NCBI GenBank assembly: GCA_037481655.1
Contig: JBBFLF010000001.1
Coordinates: forward strand, 48,365-112,364
Length of the DNA stretch: 64,000 nucleotides
DNA from: Desulfobaccales bacterium
GTDB lineage: Bacteria; Desulfobacterota; Desulfobaccia; Desulfobaccales; 0-14-0-80-60-11
Direction: 5' to 3'
Each line of letters begins with the position of its first letter. The first letter of the stretch is position 1. Both the position numbers and the translations under genes were made by a program. The notes below the pieces were generated by a model that saw only the letters and a list, made by a program, of their open reading frames with translations, searched no databases and was not told the DNA's origin. Positions 19,446 through 28,012 of the stretch are shown here, piece by piece.

Positions 19446-20405
19446 TTAGAGATAGACCACCGCCACCGCTGAGCCGGTGGCGAGATGCACCACCCGGCTG
19501 GCGACGCTCCCCACCAGCAGTTTGGCCAGCCCCGACAGGCCCCGGCTGCCCATAAAGATCAGGGGACAGCCCCGCTCCTGGGCGGTGGCGGCGATGGTGT
19601 CCCCCGGATCCCCCACCAGGAGGAGTTCCTCGGCCATCTCGCCCAGGCCCTCCGCCGCCAGAAGCTCCCGCCCCTGCTGCAGGACCCTTTCCCCCTGCTC
19701 CTGCCAGAGAGACCAGGTCTCCGGTGGGCTTTCCCCCGCGCCCAGCAGGGCCACGTCCACCACATGCAGGAGCAAGAGGCCCGGGGCCGGGGGCCGGAGG
19801 GCCGCGGCCAGCCCCGCGGCCTGGCGCAGGGCCGCCAGACTGGCCTCCGAGCCATCCAAAGGCACCAGGATGGGGAAGAGGCCGGCTATAGGCGGGGTGC
19901 CTTCCGCCAGGGGCGCCACCACCACTGTGAGGTTCTCCGCCAGGGAGAGCACCCGCCGGGTGACGCTCCCCAAAAGCAGGGCCTTCACGGGGGAAAGGCC
20001 CCGGCGGCCCATGATAAGGTGGGAATAAGCCCCTGCCCGGGCTCGCGCCACGATTTCATCTCCCACCCGGCCTTCCGCCACCTCCAGCTCGATGGGGGCC
20101 GTCACCCCCAGGGAGCGCAGAAAATCCCGGCCCTCTTCCAGCACCGGATACACTTCCGCCTCCAGATGGTGCTGCCGGAGGCGCTGCCAGTTGGGCTCCT
20201 GGGTAAGGCGGGCGACCCGCAGATCCACGTTCTGGACGTGACGGGCCACGTAACTGCCGCCCACCACCATGAGCAAAGTGATACCCGTGACCGCTTCCCC
20301 TCCGGCCAGGGCGAGGCGGGCCGCCAGCTTCAGGGCCTCTCGGGCTCCGGGGCTGCCGTCATAGGGGAGGAGCATCCGGGTCACCGGAAATGGAAAAGGA
20401 CTCAT
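19446..20405 (-). CDS. Tandem universal stress protein (two Usp domains)
   Basis: 319 aa. Two repeats each ending in a G.RG......LLGSV...V motif (IMGRRGLSPVKALLLGSVTRRV; FMGSRGLSGLAKLLVGSVASRV). Confidence 0.85.
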   Translation of the reverse strand: MSPFPFPVTRMLLPYDGSPGAREALKLAARLALAGGEAVTGITLLMVVGGSYVARHVQNVDLRVARLTQEPNWQRLRQHHLEAEVYPVLEEGRDFLRSLGVTAPIELEVAEGRVGDEIVARARAGAYSHLIMGRRGLSPVKALLLGSVTRRVLSLAENLTVVVAPLAEGTPPIAGLFPILVPLDGSEASLAALRQAAGLAAALRPPAPGLLLLHVVDVALLGAGESPPETWSLWQEQGERVLQQGRELLAAEGLGEMAEELLLVGDPGDTIAATAQERGCPLIFMGSRGLSGLAKLLVGSVASRVVHLATGSAVAVVYL

Positions 20406-20546
20406 GGGGACACCTTCCTTTCAGCCGTGCAGGTGCGATCCGGTTTCAAGAATATCACCCCACCCGCTTTGAAGCGAGATGAATTCCTGTGCCGGAGGTG
20501 GAGGCTGCACCTTGACCCTGAAGGCCGCGTCGCATAAGCTGAGGAC

Positions 20547-21428
20547 ATGGAAGGGCGGACGCCATCCGATTTCGGGGGGCTGGCAGCCTTGGCCCTGAAC
20601 CTGCTGCTTCTGGTGGCAGGTCTGGTGCCCTTCGGGCTGGGCACCCTGTTGGCCCGGGCCTCCGGCTTGACCATCGGCCTGGGGACAGCCCTCCTCGGGC
20701 TGATGGCCGTGGTCTCCCTGCATCTGGCCGCCTGGGCCGCCCGGGGGGCCTACGGGCCGGAGCCCGGCCGCTGGCCACTCCCCTGGGGCTGGCCGGCCGC
20801 CCGCTGGCAACGTTTCGGGCGGCATTGTCTGATGCTTGCGGCGGTCTGCGGGCTGATGCTGCAGGTGGGGCTCAGCACCGGCCCACTGACCCTGCCCCTG
20901 GTGGGGATGGGGGTGGTTGGCAGCCACTTCCTTTTTGCCCCGCCCCTGGCCTTGGCCCGCCGGGGCCTGGGGGAGGTGGCGGCGGCCCTGGGCTTCGGGC
21001 TCTTGCCCGTGTTTGCTGGCTACTATCTCCAGACCGGCCACGGCCTGACGGAGATCCTCCTCCTGGGCGTCCCTTTGAGCCTGGCGGCCTTCAACCTCTT
21101 TCTCATCTGGGGGCTGCCTGCGCCCGACTCGCCGGCCACCCCCACTCTGGGGGCCCGCCTCAGCCCCCCAGGGGTGGGCCTGCTGTTCACCGTGGTGAAC
21201 ATCCTCACCATCGTGGCTCTCTGTTTCGTGCTCCTCTTTCCGGCGGTGCCCCTCCCTTCCCGCTGGGGGCTGTTTGCTCTCCTCGGGCTGGCCCTCGTCA
21301 ATCAGGAGCTCATCAAGCGCCGGGCCTACGCCCGGGAGGAGCGCCTCACTCTGGTGGCCCGGCTCCTGCTCCTGCAGCAGGTGGCCATGGGGCTGGTCTT
21401 TGCCTGGGGCCTGCTGCCCCGCCTGTGA
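20547..21428 (+). CDS. Polytopic integral membrane protein of unknown function
   Basis: 293 aa, about 8 hydrophobic segments. Weak resemblance to MenA/UbiA (GLGEVAAALGFGLLPVFAGYYLQTG) but no Asp-rich motifs. Confidence 0.55.
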   Translation: MEGRTPSDFGGLAALALNLLLLVAGLVPFGLGTLLARASGLTIGLGTALLGLMAVVSLHLAAWAARGAYGPEPGRWPLPWGWPAARWQRFGRHCLMLAAVCGLMLQVGLSTGPLTLPLVGMGVVGSHFLFAPPLALARRGLGEVAAALGFGLLPVFAGYYLQTGHGLTEILLLGVPLSLAAFNLFLIWGLPAPDSPATPTLGARLSPPGVGLLFTVVNILTIVALCFVLLFPAVPLPSRWGLFALLGLALVNQELIKRRAYAREERLTLVARLLLLQQVAMGLVFAWGLLPRL

Positions 21429-21468
21429 ATCCCCTTGCCAAGAGGTTTGGGGCAAAGGATAATGGATT

Positions 21469-21756
21469 ATGTGGTGCTTCCGGAGGCAGAGGGGTTTGGG
21501 GGCCGGGGGGAGGCTTTTGGCCTGGGTGCTCATCCTGAGCCTGCTCCCCGGCTGCCCGGTGACGGCCGCTCAGGTCCTCATTCCCGCGGCCTATGCCTTG
21601 ACCGGCCTGTGCATTGCCCTCCTGGTCTCCCCCACCCCCTGGGCGGCGGCGGTGGGCCTGGCGCTGGGGGCGCTTTTGGGCGCGGCGGTCTATAACAACT
21701 CCCTCAAACGCCATTTTCTGGAGCCCCGCCCGCCCCGGACCGCGCCGGAGCGCTGA
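21469..21756 (+). CDS. Putative small lipoprotein/membrane protein
   Basis: 95 aa. Lipobox-like LLPGC after a basic N-region, and a second hydrophobic helix. No family recognised. Confidence 0.35.
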   Translation: MWCFRRQRGLGAGGRLLAWVLILSLLPGCPVTAAQVLIPAAYALTGLCIALLVSPTPWAAAVGLALGALLGAAVYNNSLKRHFLEPRPPRTAPER

Positions 21757-21861
21757 ATCCGGCAAGGGTAAGCCACTCGAGAAAGCCCTCCGTCCATAAA
21801 ACCGATGCCACCCTCTGAAAGGCTTCTGACCGCAAATGCCGGTGCGGGAAATCTCACCGGC

Positions 21862-22857
21862 ATGGAAAGCGATGCAGGTCTGGGGGAGCTGGTGGCCATC
21901 TTGCGCCGGGCTGAAGGGCCGGTGTCCGGCGAGAGCCTGGCGGCCCGCCTGGGCCTCAGCCGCACCGCGGTCTGGAAACGCGTCCAGCGGCTCAAGGCCC
22001 TGGGCTACGAGATCATCGGCGAGCCCCGCCATGGCTACCGCCTGTTGGCCACGCCGGACCGCCTGCTTCCCTTTGAAGTGCTGGAGGGCCTGCATACCCG
22101 GCGTTTCCGGGGGCCGGTGCACTCCTTCCTCCGCCTGGGCTCCACCAACGACCTGGCCAAGGAGCTGGGCCGCCGGGAGGCTCCCGAAGGCACCCTGGTG
22201 GTGGCCGAGGCCCAGGACGCCGGGCGGGGCCGCCTGGGGCGCACCTGGACCTCGCCTGCCGGGGTGGGGCTGTATGCCTCCCTTATCCTCCGGCCGCCCC
22301 TGCCGCCGGTGGAGCTCCCCCGCCTCACCCTCACCGTGGCGGTGGCCGCCGCCCGGGCCCTGGAGCGCACCGCAGGCATCAGCCCCGGCATCAAGTGGCC
22401 CAACGATCTCCTCCTGCACGGCCGCAAGCTGGCCGGCATCCTCACCGAGCTGGAGACCGAGGCCGAGCGCCTCCGCTATGTGGTGGTGGGGCTGGGGCTC
22501 AATGTCAACACCCCCACCTTTCCCCCGGAGCTGGCGGAGACCGCCACCTCCCTGCTGCTCACCACCGGCCGGACGCACTCCCGCCTGGCCCTCCTTCGGG
22601 CCTTCCTGGAGGACTTCGAGGCCCTCTATGAGCTCTTTCTGGCCCGGCGTTTCCCGGAGATTCTGGCCCAATGGCAGGCGCGCTCCGTCACTTTGGGGCG
22701 GCCAGCCCGGGTGCGGCAGGGGGAGCAGGAGATCTGCGGCCTGGCAGTGGGGGTGGATCCGGAGGGGGCCCTGCTGCTTCAGACCGAGGGGGGCGAGATA
22801 GTGCGGGTGACCTCAGGAGAGCTGGCCCCGGACCCGACCGTCGGGCCCGGGGCGTGA
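21862..22857 (+). CDS. birA: Bifunctional biotin-[acetyl-CoA-carboxylase] ligase / biotin operon repressor
   Basis: Start set to the internal ATG at 21862. N-terminal wHTH (GESLAARLGLSRTAVWKRVQRLKALGY). GRGRLGRTWTSPAG and KWPNDLL motifs. Confidence 0.9.
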   Translation: MESDAGLGELVAILRRAEGPVSGESLAARLGLSRTAVWKRVQRLKALGYEIIGEPRHGYRLLATPDRLLPFEVLEGLHTRRFRGPVHSFLRLGSTNDLAKELGRREAPEGTLVVAEAQDAGRGRLGRTWTSPAGVGLYASLILRPPLPPVELPRLTLTVAVAAARALERTAGISPGIKWPNDLLLHGRKLAGILTELETEAERLRYVVVGLGLNVNTPTFPPELAETATSLLLTTGRTHSRLALLRAFLEDFEALYELFLARRFPEILAQWQARSVTLGRPARVRQGEQEICGLAVGVDPEGALLLQTEGGEIVRVTSGELAPDPTVGPGA

Positions 22858-22876
22858 GGAGCGGGCCTGGAGAGGC

Positions 22877-23176
22877 TCAATTCCCCTCCTTTTTCTGGGC
22901 TTTCAGGGCTTCGATTTCGGCCTTCAGCTTTTCCACTTCCTCTTTGTATTTTTCCACGTCCGCGGCGCCCACCCCGGCGCTTTCGCTTCCGCTGGGGGAT
23001 TTGGCAAAGAGCTTGTCCTTGGCCTCTTCATATCCCAGATAGACCGCCAGGGCGCCCCCCAAGAGCAGGAACAGGGGGATGCTGCCGGCCAGCAGGTCCA
23101 AAAATTGCCGCCACCAGATGCCCAGGCCGATGAGGCCCAGGGCCACTGCCACCAGTCCGCCAACCAACGCTGTCAT
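22877..23176 (-). CDS. Small membrane protein with C-terminal coiled coil
   Basis: 99 aa. Two TM helices followed by KYKEEVEKLKAEIEALKAQKK. No family recognised. Confidence 0.45.
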   Translation of the reverse strand: MTALVGGLVAVALGLIGLGIWWRQFLDLLAGSIPLFLLLGGALAVYLGYEEAKDKLFAKSPSGSESAGVGAADVEKYKEEVEKLKAEIEALKAQKKEGN

Positions 23177-23393
23177 AACGCCCTCCTTCGGGAGAATTCA
23201 GACAACCTTCAGATACGGCCGGCCCCCGGAAAGGGCAAAAACCGCCACTGCCCGCCGGAAAGCGGCCAGGGTCAGCCATAATGGCTGATACTTAGCATAC
23301 CTGGCCGGATTCTGCAAGCCGGGAATTCGGGAGGCAAATGGTCTTAAAATTGAAATTGTTAATGAAAATCAAATGTTACCTCAGATGGCCGCC

Positions 23394-23421
23394 TTGACAT
23401 CCCTGCCGCTCCCCTTATAAT
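23394..23421 (+). promoter_or_regulatory. Consensus sigma-70-type promoter upstream of the DnaJ-like gene
   Basis: TTGACA (23394-23399), 16 nt spacer, TATAAT (23416-23421). AT-rich tract upstream (23341-23380). Confidence 0.55.
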
Positions 23422-23452
23422 ATGTTACACTGGCGGCTAACGAGGCGATCTC

Positions 23453-24397
23453 ATGGCAGAGATGGATTATTACCAGATTCTCGGGGTGGACCGCAACGCC
23501 TCCCCGGAAGACATCAAAAAGGCCTATCGCAAGCTGGCCCAGAAATATCACCCCGACAAGGCCAAAGGCAACAAAAAGGAGGCGGAGGAGCGCTTCAAGC
23601 AGATCAGTGAAGCCTACGCCGTCTTAAGCAACCCGGAGAAGCGCCGGGAGTACGACACCTACGGCTCCCAGGCCTTCCGGGCCAAGTTCAGCCAGGAGGA
23701 CATCTTTCGGGGCTTCGATTTCGGGGACATCTTCGATCTGGGCTTCAATGAGGGCATCCTCGGCCGCATCTTCGGGGGCCTGGGCGGCCGCGGCAAGGGG
23801 GCCCGCACCCGGGTCTTCGAGTTTGGGGGCGGCGGGCCTTTCCAGGCGGGGGGCTTCCAGACCCAGGCGCCCCTCAAGGGTGAGGACATCCAGGTGGAGG
23901 TGCCCATCACCCTCCATGAGATGGCCTTCGGCGCCGAAAAGCTCATCAGCTTCCAGCGCAACGGCCAGACCGAGCGGGTGACGGTGAAAATCCCTCCCGG
24001 CACCCTGCCCGGCAAGCGTCTCAGGGTGGCGGAAAAAGGCCGGCCCAGCCCCATGGGCGGCCCCCCGGGGGATCTGTACGTGCGCCTCAAGGAGGTGGAG
24101 CATCCGGTTTTCAAGCGGGACGGCCACGACCTCTATGTGGACCGCCACATCAAGTTCACCGAGTCGGCCCTGGGCACCAAGGTCACCGTCCCCACCCTGG
24201 ACGGCAAGACCATGAGCCTGAAGGTGCCCCCCGGCACCGCCAGCCATACCAAGATGCGCCTGAAAAATTACGGCCTGCCCCATGCCAACGGCAAGACCCG
24301 GGGGGATCAGTACGTCCGCATCATCGTGGACATTCCCACCGAGCTCACCAAACGGCAAAAGGCCCTCTTAGAGGAGCTGGCCCGGGAAGGCCTCTGA
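23453..24397 (+). CDS. DnaJ-class co-chaperone without a zinc finger (CbpA-like)
   Basis: J domain DYYQILGV...[17 protein letters not shown]-rich linker, two C-terminal beta domains. No CxxCxGxG repeats. Confidence 0.9.
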   Translation: MAEMDYYQILGVDRNASPEDIKKAYRKLAQKYHPDKAKGNKKEAEERFKQISEAYAVLSNPEKRREYDTYGSQAFRAKFSQEDIFRGFDFGDIFDLGFNEGILGRIFGGLGGRGKGARTRVFEFGGGGPFQAGGFQTQAPLKGEDIQVEVPITLHEMAFGAEKLISFQRNGQTERVTVKIPPGTLPGKRLRVAEKGRPSPMGGPPGDLYVRLKEVEHPVFKRDGHDLYVDRHIKFTESALGTKVTVPTLDGKTMSLKVPPGTASHTKMRLKNYGLPHANGKTRGDQYVRIIVDIPTELTKRQKALLEELAREGL

Positions 24398-24419
24398 GCG
24401 CACCAATCCGGAGGACGAT

Positions 24420-25613
24420 ATGCCTGTGACCATCGCCCCTCAGGTCTACTGGGTGGGGGCCATCGACTGGACCATGCGGGATTTCCACGGCTACCTCACG
24501 GAAGCCGGCTCCACCTACAACGCCTTTCTGGTGGTGGACGACAAAGTCACCCTCATCGACACGGTGAAAAAAGGCTTTCTCCCGGAGATGCTGGCCCGCA
24601 TCCGGGAGATCCTGCCGCCGGAGAAGATTGACTACATCGTCTGCAACCATGTGGAGATGGACCATTCCGGCAGCCTGGCGGAGCTGACCCGGCTGGTGAA
24701 CCCGGAGAAGATCTTCTGCTCGCCTCTGGGCAAGGTAGGCCTGACCCGCCACTACAAGGAGGACCTCCCCCTGGCGGAGGTGAAGACCGGCAATGAGGTC
24801 TCCCTGGGACGGTATCACCTCATGTTCCTGGAGACCCCCATGCTCCATTGGCCGGATTCCATGATGACCTTCCTCAAGGAGGAGCAGATCCTCTTTTCCA
24901 GTGACGGCTTCGGAGCCCATTATGCCTCCAGCCAGCGGGTCATCAAAAACCGGCATGACTGCCCGCCCAAGTACTATTATGAGCTGAAAAAATACTACGC
25001 CAATATTCTCATGCCCATGGGCACCCTCATCACCCAGCTCCTGGACAAGGTGGCCAAGCTGGGGCTGGAATTCAAGCTCATCGCCCCGGACCATGGCTGT
25101 GTCTATGAAAACCCCGGCTGGGTGCTGGAGGCGTATCGCAATTGGGCCGCCGGGGTCACCCAACCCAAGGGCCTGGTCATCTACGACACCATGTGGCACA
25201 GCACCGAGATGCTGGCCCACGCCTTCCTGGAAGGCCTCATGGACGCCGGGGTGGAGGCCCAGCTCCATCACCTCCGGGCCACCCATTACTCCGACACCGT
25301 CACCGAGCTTTTGGAGGCGGGCCTGATGCTTCTGGGCTCCCCCACCATCAACAACAACATGTTCCCCTCCATGGGGCAGTTTCTCACCTATCTCAAGGGC
25401 CTCAAGCCCAAGAGGAAGGCGGCCATGGCCTTCGGCTCCTACGGCTGGAGCGGCCAGGCCGTGGGGCTCATCAACCAGGAGCTGGAGGCCATGCAGCTCA
25501 AGCCGGTACACGAGGGCTTCCAGGTGCGCTATATCCCGGACCCGGAGGAGCTGGCTCAGGCTCGGGCCCTGGGAGAGAAGTTGGCCCGGGAGCACCTTCT
25601 GCCCTCGGCCTGA
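24420..25613 (+). CDS. Flavodiiron protein (FprA / rubredoxin:oxygen oxidoreductase type)
   Basis: 397 aa. Metallo-beta-lactamase-like di-iron motif NHVEMDHSGS, plus a C-terminal flavodoxin domain. Confidence 0.9.
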   Translation: MPVTIAPQVYWVGAIDWTMRDFHGYLTEAGSTYNAFLVVDDKVTLIDTVKKGFLPEMLARIREILPPEKIDYIVCNHVEMDHSGSLAELTRLVNPEKIFCSPLGKVGLTRHYKEDLPLAEVKTGNEVSLGRYHLMFLETPMLHWPDSMMTFLKEEQILFSSDGFGAHYASSQRVIKNRHDCPPKYYYELKKYYANILMPMGTLITQLLDKVAKLGLEFKLIAPDHGCVYENPGWVLEAYRNWAAGVTQPKGLVIYDTMWHSTEMLAHAFLEGLMDAGVEAQLHHLRATHYSDTVTELLEAGLMLLGSPTINNNMFPSMGQFLTYLKGLKPKRKAAMAFGSYGWSGQAVGLINQELEAMQLKPVHEGFQVRYIPDPEELAQARALGEKLAREHLLPSA

Positions 25614-25714
25614 GAACAGGGGCCGGGACTGGGGCAGCTTTCGACCTTATGCCATCAAACGTGCGGCAAGGGGCGGCGGCCTGGAATGAGGCCCTGCCTT
25701 TTTTTTGTTCACCC

Positions 25715-26389
25715 ATGACCCTGCCTCCCCTCGAAATTCTCCGCCGGGCGGCGGCGGATTTCCGCTACCTCCTGAACCGGGGCTATCCCCGGCAGGCCGC
25801 CCTCACATTGGTGGGCAACCGCTATGACCTGGACCGCACCGCCCGCCAGCTCCTGCACCGGGGAGTCTGCGATAGGGAAACCGCCCGGGCCCGCCGCGCC
25901 AAGCTCCGGCGCCTGAAGAGCCTTGCCGGGCAGCCGCTTTTGGTGGACGGCCACAATGTCCTCATCACCTTGGAGGCGGCGCTGCGAGGTCTCCCCCTAA
26001 TCCGGGCGGATGACGGCTTCGTGCGGGATGTGGCGGAGCTCTCCCGGGCCTTTCGCCCGGGGCCGCGCACCACCCAGGCCCTATATCTCCTGGTGGCGGC
26101 CCTCCGGCGGGCTCAGGTGGGGCCGGTGACGGTGCTTTTGGATGCCCCCATGCGCAAAAGCGGGGAGCTCGCCCGGGAGATCCGCCAGTCCCTGACCGCG
26201 GCGGGGATTGCCGGAGAAGCCCGGGCCGTGCCGGTGCCGGAGCAGGAGCTTCTCACTGCCGGCCTGCCGGTGGCCACCAGCGACACCCAGCTGGTGGACG
26301 CCGTGGCCGTGGTGGTGGACCTGGCCGGGGAGATCATCCGGCGCCATCTTGCCCCCACCGGCAGCCTGACCCTCATCACCTGGAGATAA
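25715..26389 (+). CDS. DUF434-like protein
   Basis: Start at the internal ATG 25715. AAADFRYLLNRGYPRQAALTLVGNRYDL resembles the DUF434 N-terminal motif; assignment is from memory. Confidence 0.45.
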   Translation: MTLPPLEILRRAAADFRYLLNRGYPRQAALTLVGNRYDLDRTARQLLHRGVCDRETARARRAKLRRLKSLAGQPLLVDGHNVLITLEAALRGLPLIRADDGFVRDVAELSRAFRPGPRTTQALYLLVAALRRAQVGPVTVLLDAPMRKSGELAREIRQSLTAAGIAGEARAVPVPEQELLTAGLPVATSDTQLVDAVAVVVDLAGEIIRRHLAPTGSLTLITWR

Positions 26390-26418
26390 GGGCAAAGGGG
26401 ATTTTCCGCTAAAATTCA

Positions 26419-26482
26419 AGGGGTTGGGGGAGTGGGTTTGGGAGAGGGGGCAGGGGGCCCCGCTCCCTGGCCCCCTCTCCCA
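26419..26482. repeat. Partial GC-rich element (module 2 right arm plus a module 3-type hairpin)
   Basis: AAGGGGTTGGGGGAGTGGG, then TGGGAGAGGGGGCAGGG-ggccccgct-CCCTGGCCCCCTCTCCCA. Confidence 0.8.
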
Positions 26483-26505
26483 GAAGCCGATGGCCATAAA
26501 AAGCC

Positions 26506-26534
26506 TTGCAAAATTTCCGGGAAGGATATATATA
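26506..26534 (+). promoter_or_regulatory. Candidate promoter for tRNA-Val
   Basis: TTGCAA (26506-26511), 17 nt spacer, TATATA (26529-26534), 18 nt upstream of the tRNA 5' end. Confidence 0.4.
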
Positions 26535-26552
26535 AAAAAAGCAGGTGAGCGT

Positions 26553-26627
26553 GGGCGGTTAACTCAGTGGTAGAGTGCCATCCTCACACGGTGGAAGTCG
26601 CAGGTTCAAATCCTGCACCGCCTACCA
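26553..26627 (+). tRNA. tRNA-Val (anticodon CAC), CCA encoded
   Basis: Hand-folded cloverleaf. Acceptor GGGCGGT/ACCGCCT (G1-U72), D arm ACTC-AGTGGTA-GAGT, anticodon arm CCATC-CTCACAC-GGTGG, T arm GCAGG-TTCAAAT-CCTGC, discriminator A plus CCA. Confidence 0.9.
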
Positions 26628-26636
26628 GAAAATTCC

Positions 26637-26668
26637 AGGGGTTGCGGTTATTGGCCGCAACCCCTTTC
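26637..26668 (+). terminator. Rho-independent terminator after tRNA-Val
   Basis: AGGGGTTGCGG-ttattgg-CCGCAACCCCT followed by TTTC. Confidence 0.6.
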
Positions 26669-26790
26669 AACTTCTGCTGCTATTTCTTTGCTTTTCCCTG
26701 CCGCAGCGGAGTTTCCCAATCATCGGGACTTCATTAGGCCTCGGGAATTTTCCCTCCATCCTCGCTCATTCCGTGAGTAAGGGATTTCCC

Positions 26791-27147
26791 TCATTTCCCT
26801 GGCGGAGTCGGGACCGGTGGTGCGGCCGGCGATGGGGCCAGAGGGTTTTGAGCTCCAGGAGGCGGCCCGGCGGCGCCGCCCTGGCCAAAGAATTTCTGGC
26901 GCTCCTGCAGGACCGACTGCCGGGAGCGGGGCACCGGGGTCGGCCGCGCCCTCACCGGCTCCTCGGGCCTGACGCCCTCGCCGACCTCGGCGCCCTTTTT
27001 GCCTTCTTCGGCGTCCCCGGGGTTAATGATGCGGATGGTCCCTTGACCGTCGGTGGAACTTTGCACATTCTGCGCTGCCAAAGGCAGGGGGAAGAGCAGC
27101 AACCCCAGTAACAGGGTAGCCGGCCAGAAACAATAGCGCAGGGTCAT
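26791..27147 (-). CDS. Secreted Pro/Gly-rich hypothetical protein
   Basis: Start set to the internal ATG 27147. Signal peptide MTLRYCFWPATLLLGLLLFPLPLAAQ. Low-complexity C-terminus; GC3-rich codons. Confidence 0.4.
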   Translation of the reverse strand: MTLRYCFWPATLLLGLLLFPLPLAAQNVQSSTDGQGTIRIINPGDAEEGKKGAEVGEGVRPEEPVRARPTPVPRSRQSVLQERQKFFGQGGAAGPPPGAQNPLAPSPAAPPVPTPPGK

Positions 27148-27213
27148 TTTCCTTCTCCCTCTCAGGCCGGCTGGAGCACCCCCGGCCCGGATCGGTTTGG
27201 TCAATCCTGAGAC

Positions 27214-27903
27214 TCACTTGATGCCCAGAAGCTCCACCTCAAAAATCAGCGTGGCGTTGGGCCCGATGACCGGCCCCAAGCCTCGCTCGCCGTAGGCCAG
27301 CCGGGGGTGGACGAAGAGCTGCCACTTGGAGCCCACCGGCATGAGCTGCAAGGCCTCCCGCCAGGCAGGGATGGCCTCCTTGAGGGAGATGGTGGCGGGC
27401 TGTCCCCGGCTGTAAGAGCTGTCAAACTCGCTGCCGTTGACAAAGGTGCCCCGGTAGTTGACCTCCACGGTGTCTTCCGCGGTGGGCTTTTTGCCCTCGC
27501 CGGCCTTGAGGACCTTGTATTGGAGCCCGCTCTCCAGGGTCATCACCCCTTCCTGGGTCTTGTTGGCCGCCAGAAAGGCGTCCCCCTCCGCTTTGTTTTT
27601 CTCTCCCGCCAGCAGCCTGGCCTGGTGCTGTTTGCGCCTGACCTCGCCCACAAATTTGGTCCGGGTTTGCTTGATCTCCTCTTCATCCATCAGGAGACTC
27701 CTACCCGCCAGCATGTCCTGCAGGCCCCTGACCAGGGCCTCCGGATTAACGTCCACCTCCTGTTGTTTGAGGCCTCGGGCCATGTCCACACCCATGGCGT
27801 AACTCACCTTGTCCTTCTCGGTCTTGAGGACCGGCTTTGCCGCCGCGCCCGCCTGGGCCGCCAGGAGCGCCATCCCCAGGACCGCCAGCCACTTGAGTCT
27901 CAT
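27214..27903 (-). CDS. FKBP-type peptidyl-prolyl cis-trans isomerase (FkpA/Mip-like, periplasmic)
   Basis: Start at ATG 27903 (GGAAAGGA upstream). Signal peptide, N-terminal dimerisation helix, FKBP core VNYRGTFVNGSEFDSSY...LIFEVELLGI. Confidence 0.9.
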   Translation of the reverse strand: MRLKWLAVLGMALLAAQAGAAAKPVLKTEKDKVSYAMGVDMARGLKQQEVDVNPEALVRGLQDMLAGRSLLMDEEEIKQTRTKFVGEVRRKQHQARLLAGEKNKAEGDAFLAANKTQEGVMTLESGLQYKVLKAGEGKKPTAEDTVEVNYRGTFVNGSEFDSSYSRGQPATISLKEAIPAWREALQLMPVGSKWQLFVHPRLAYGERGLGPVIGPNATLIFEVELLGIK

Positions 27904-28012
27904 GATTATCCTTTCCAGTAATTTACGCATTTTTCTATCAACCCCCGGGGAAGGGGCCAGGCTCCAGGCGGGGAAGGATGATCCTCCCTCCGCCTGGAGA
28001 GAGATTGTTGCC

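Noticed and set aside
20547-21428. Calling the 293-aa membrane protein a MenA/UbiA prenyltransferase.
   Set aside because: One glycine-rich helix resembles MenA, but the two Asp-rich motifs essential to UbiA-family catalysis are missing, and the protein has almost no Asp residues. It is kept as an unknown membrane protein.
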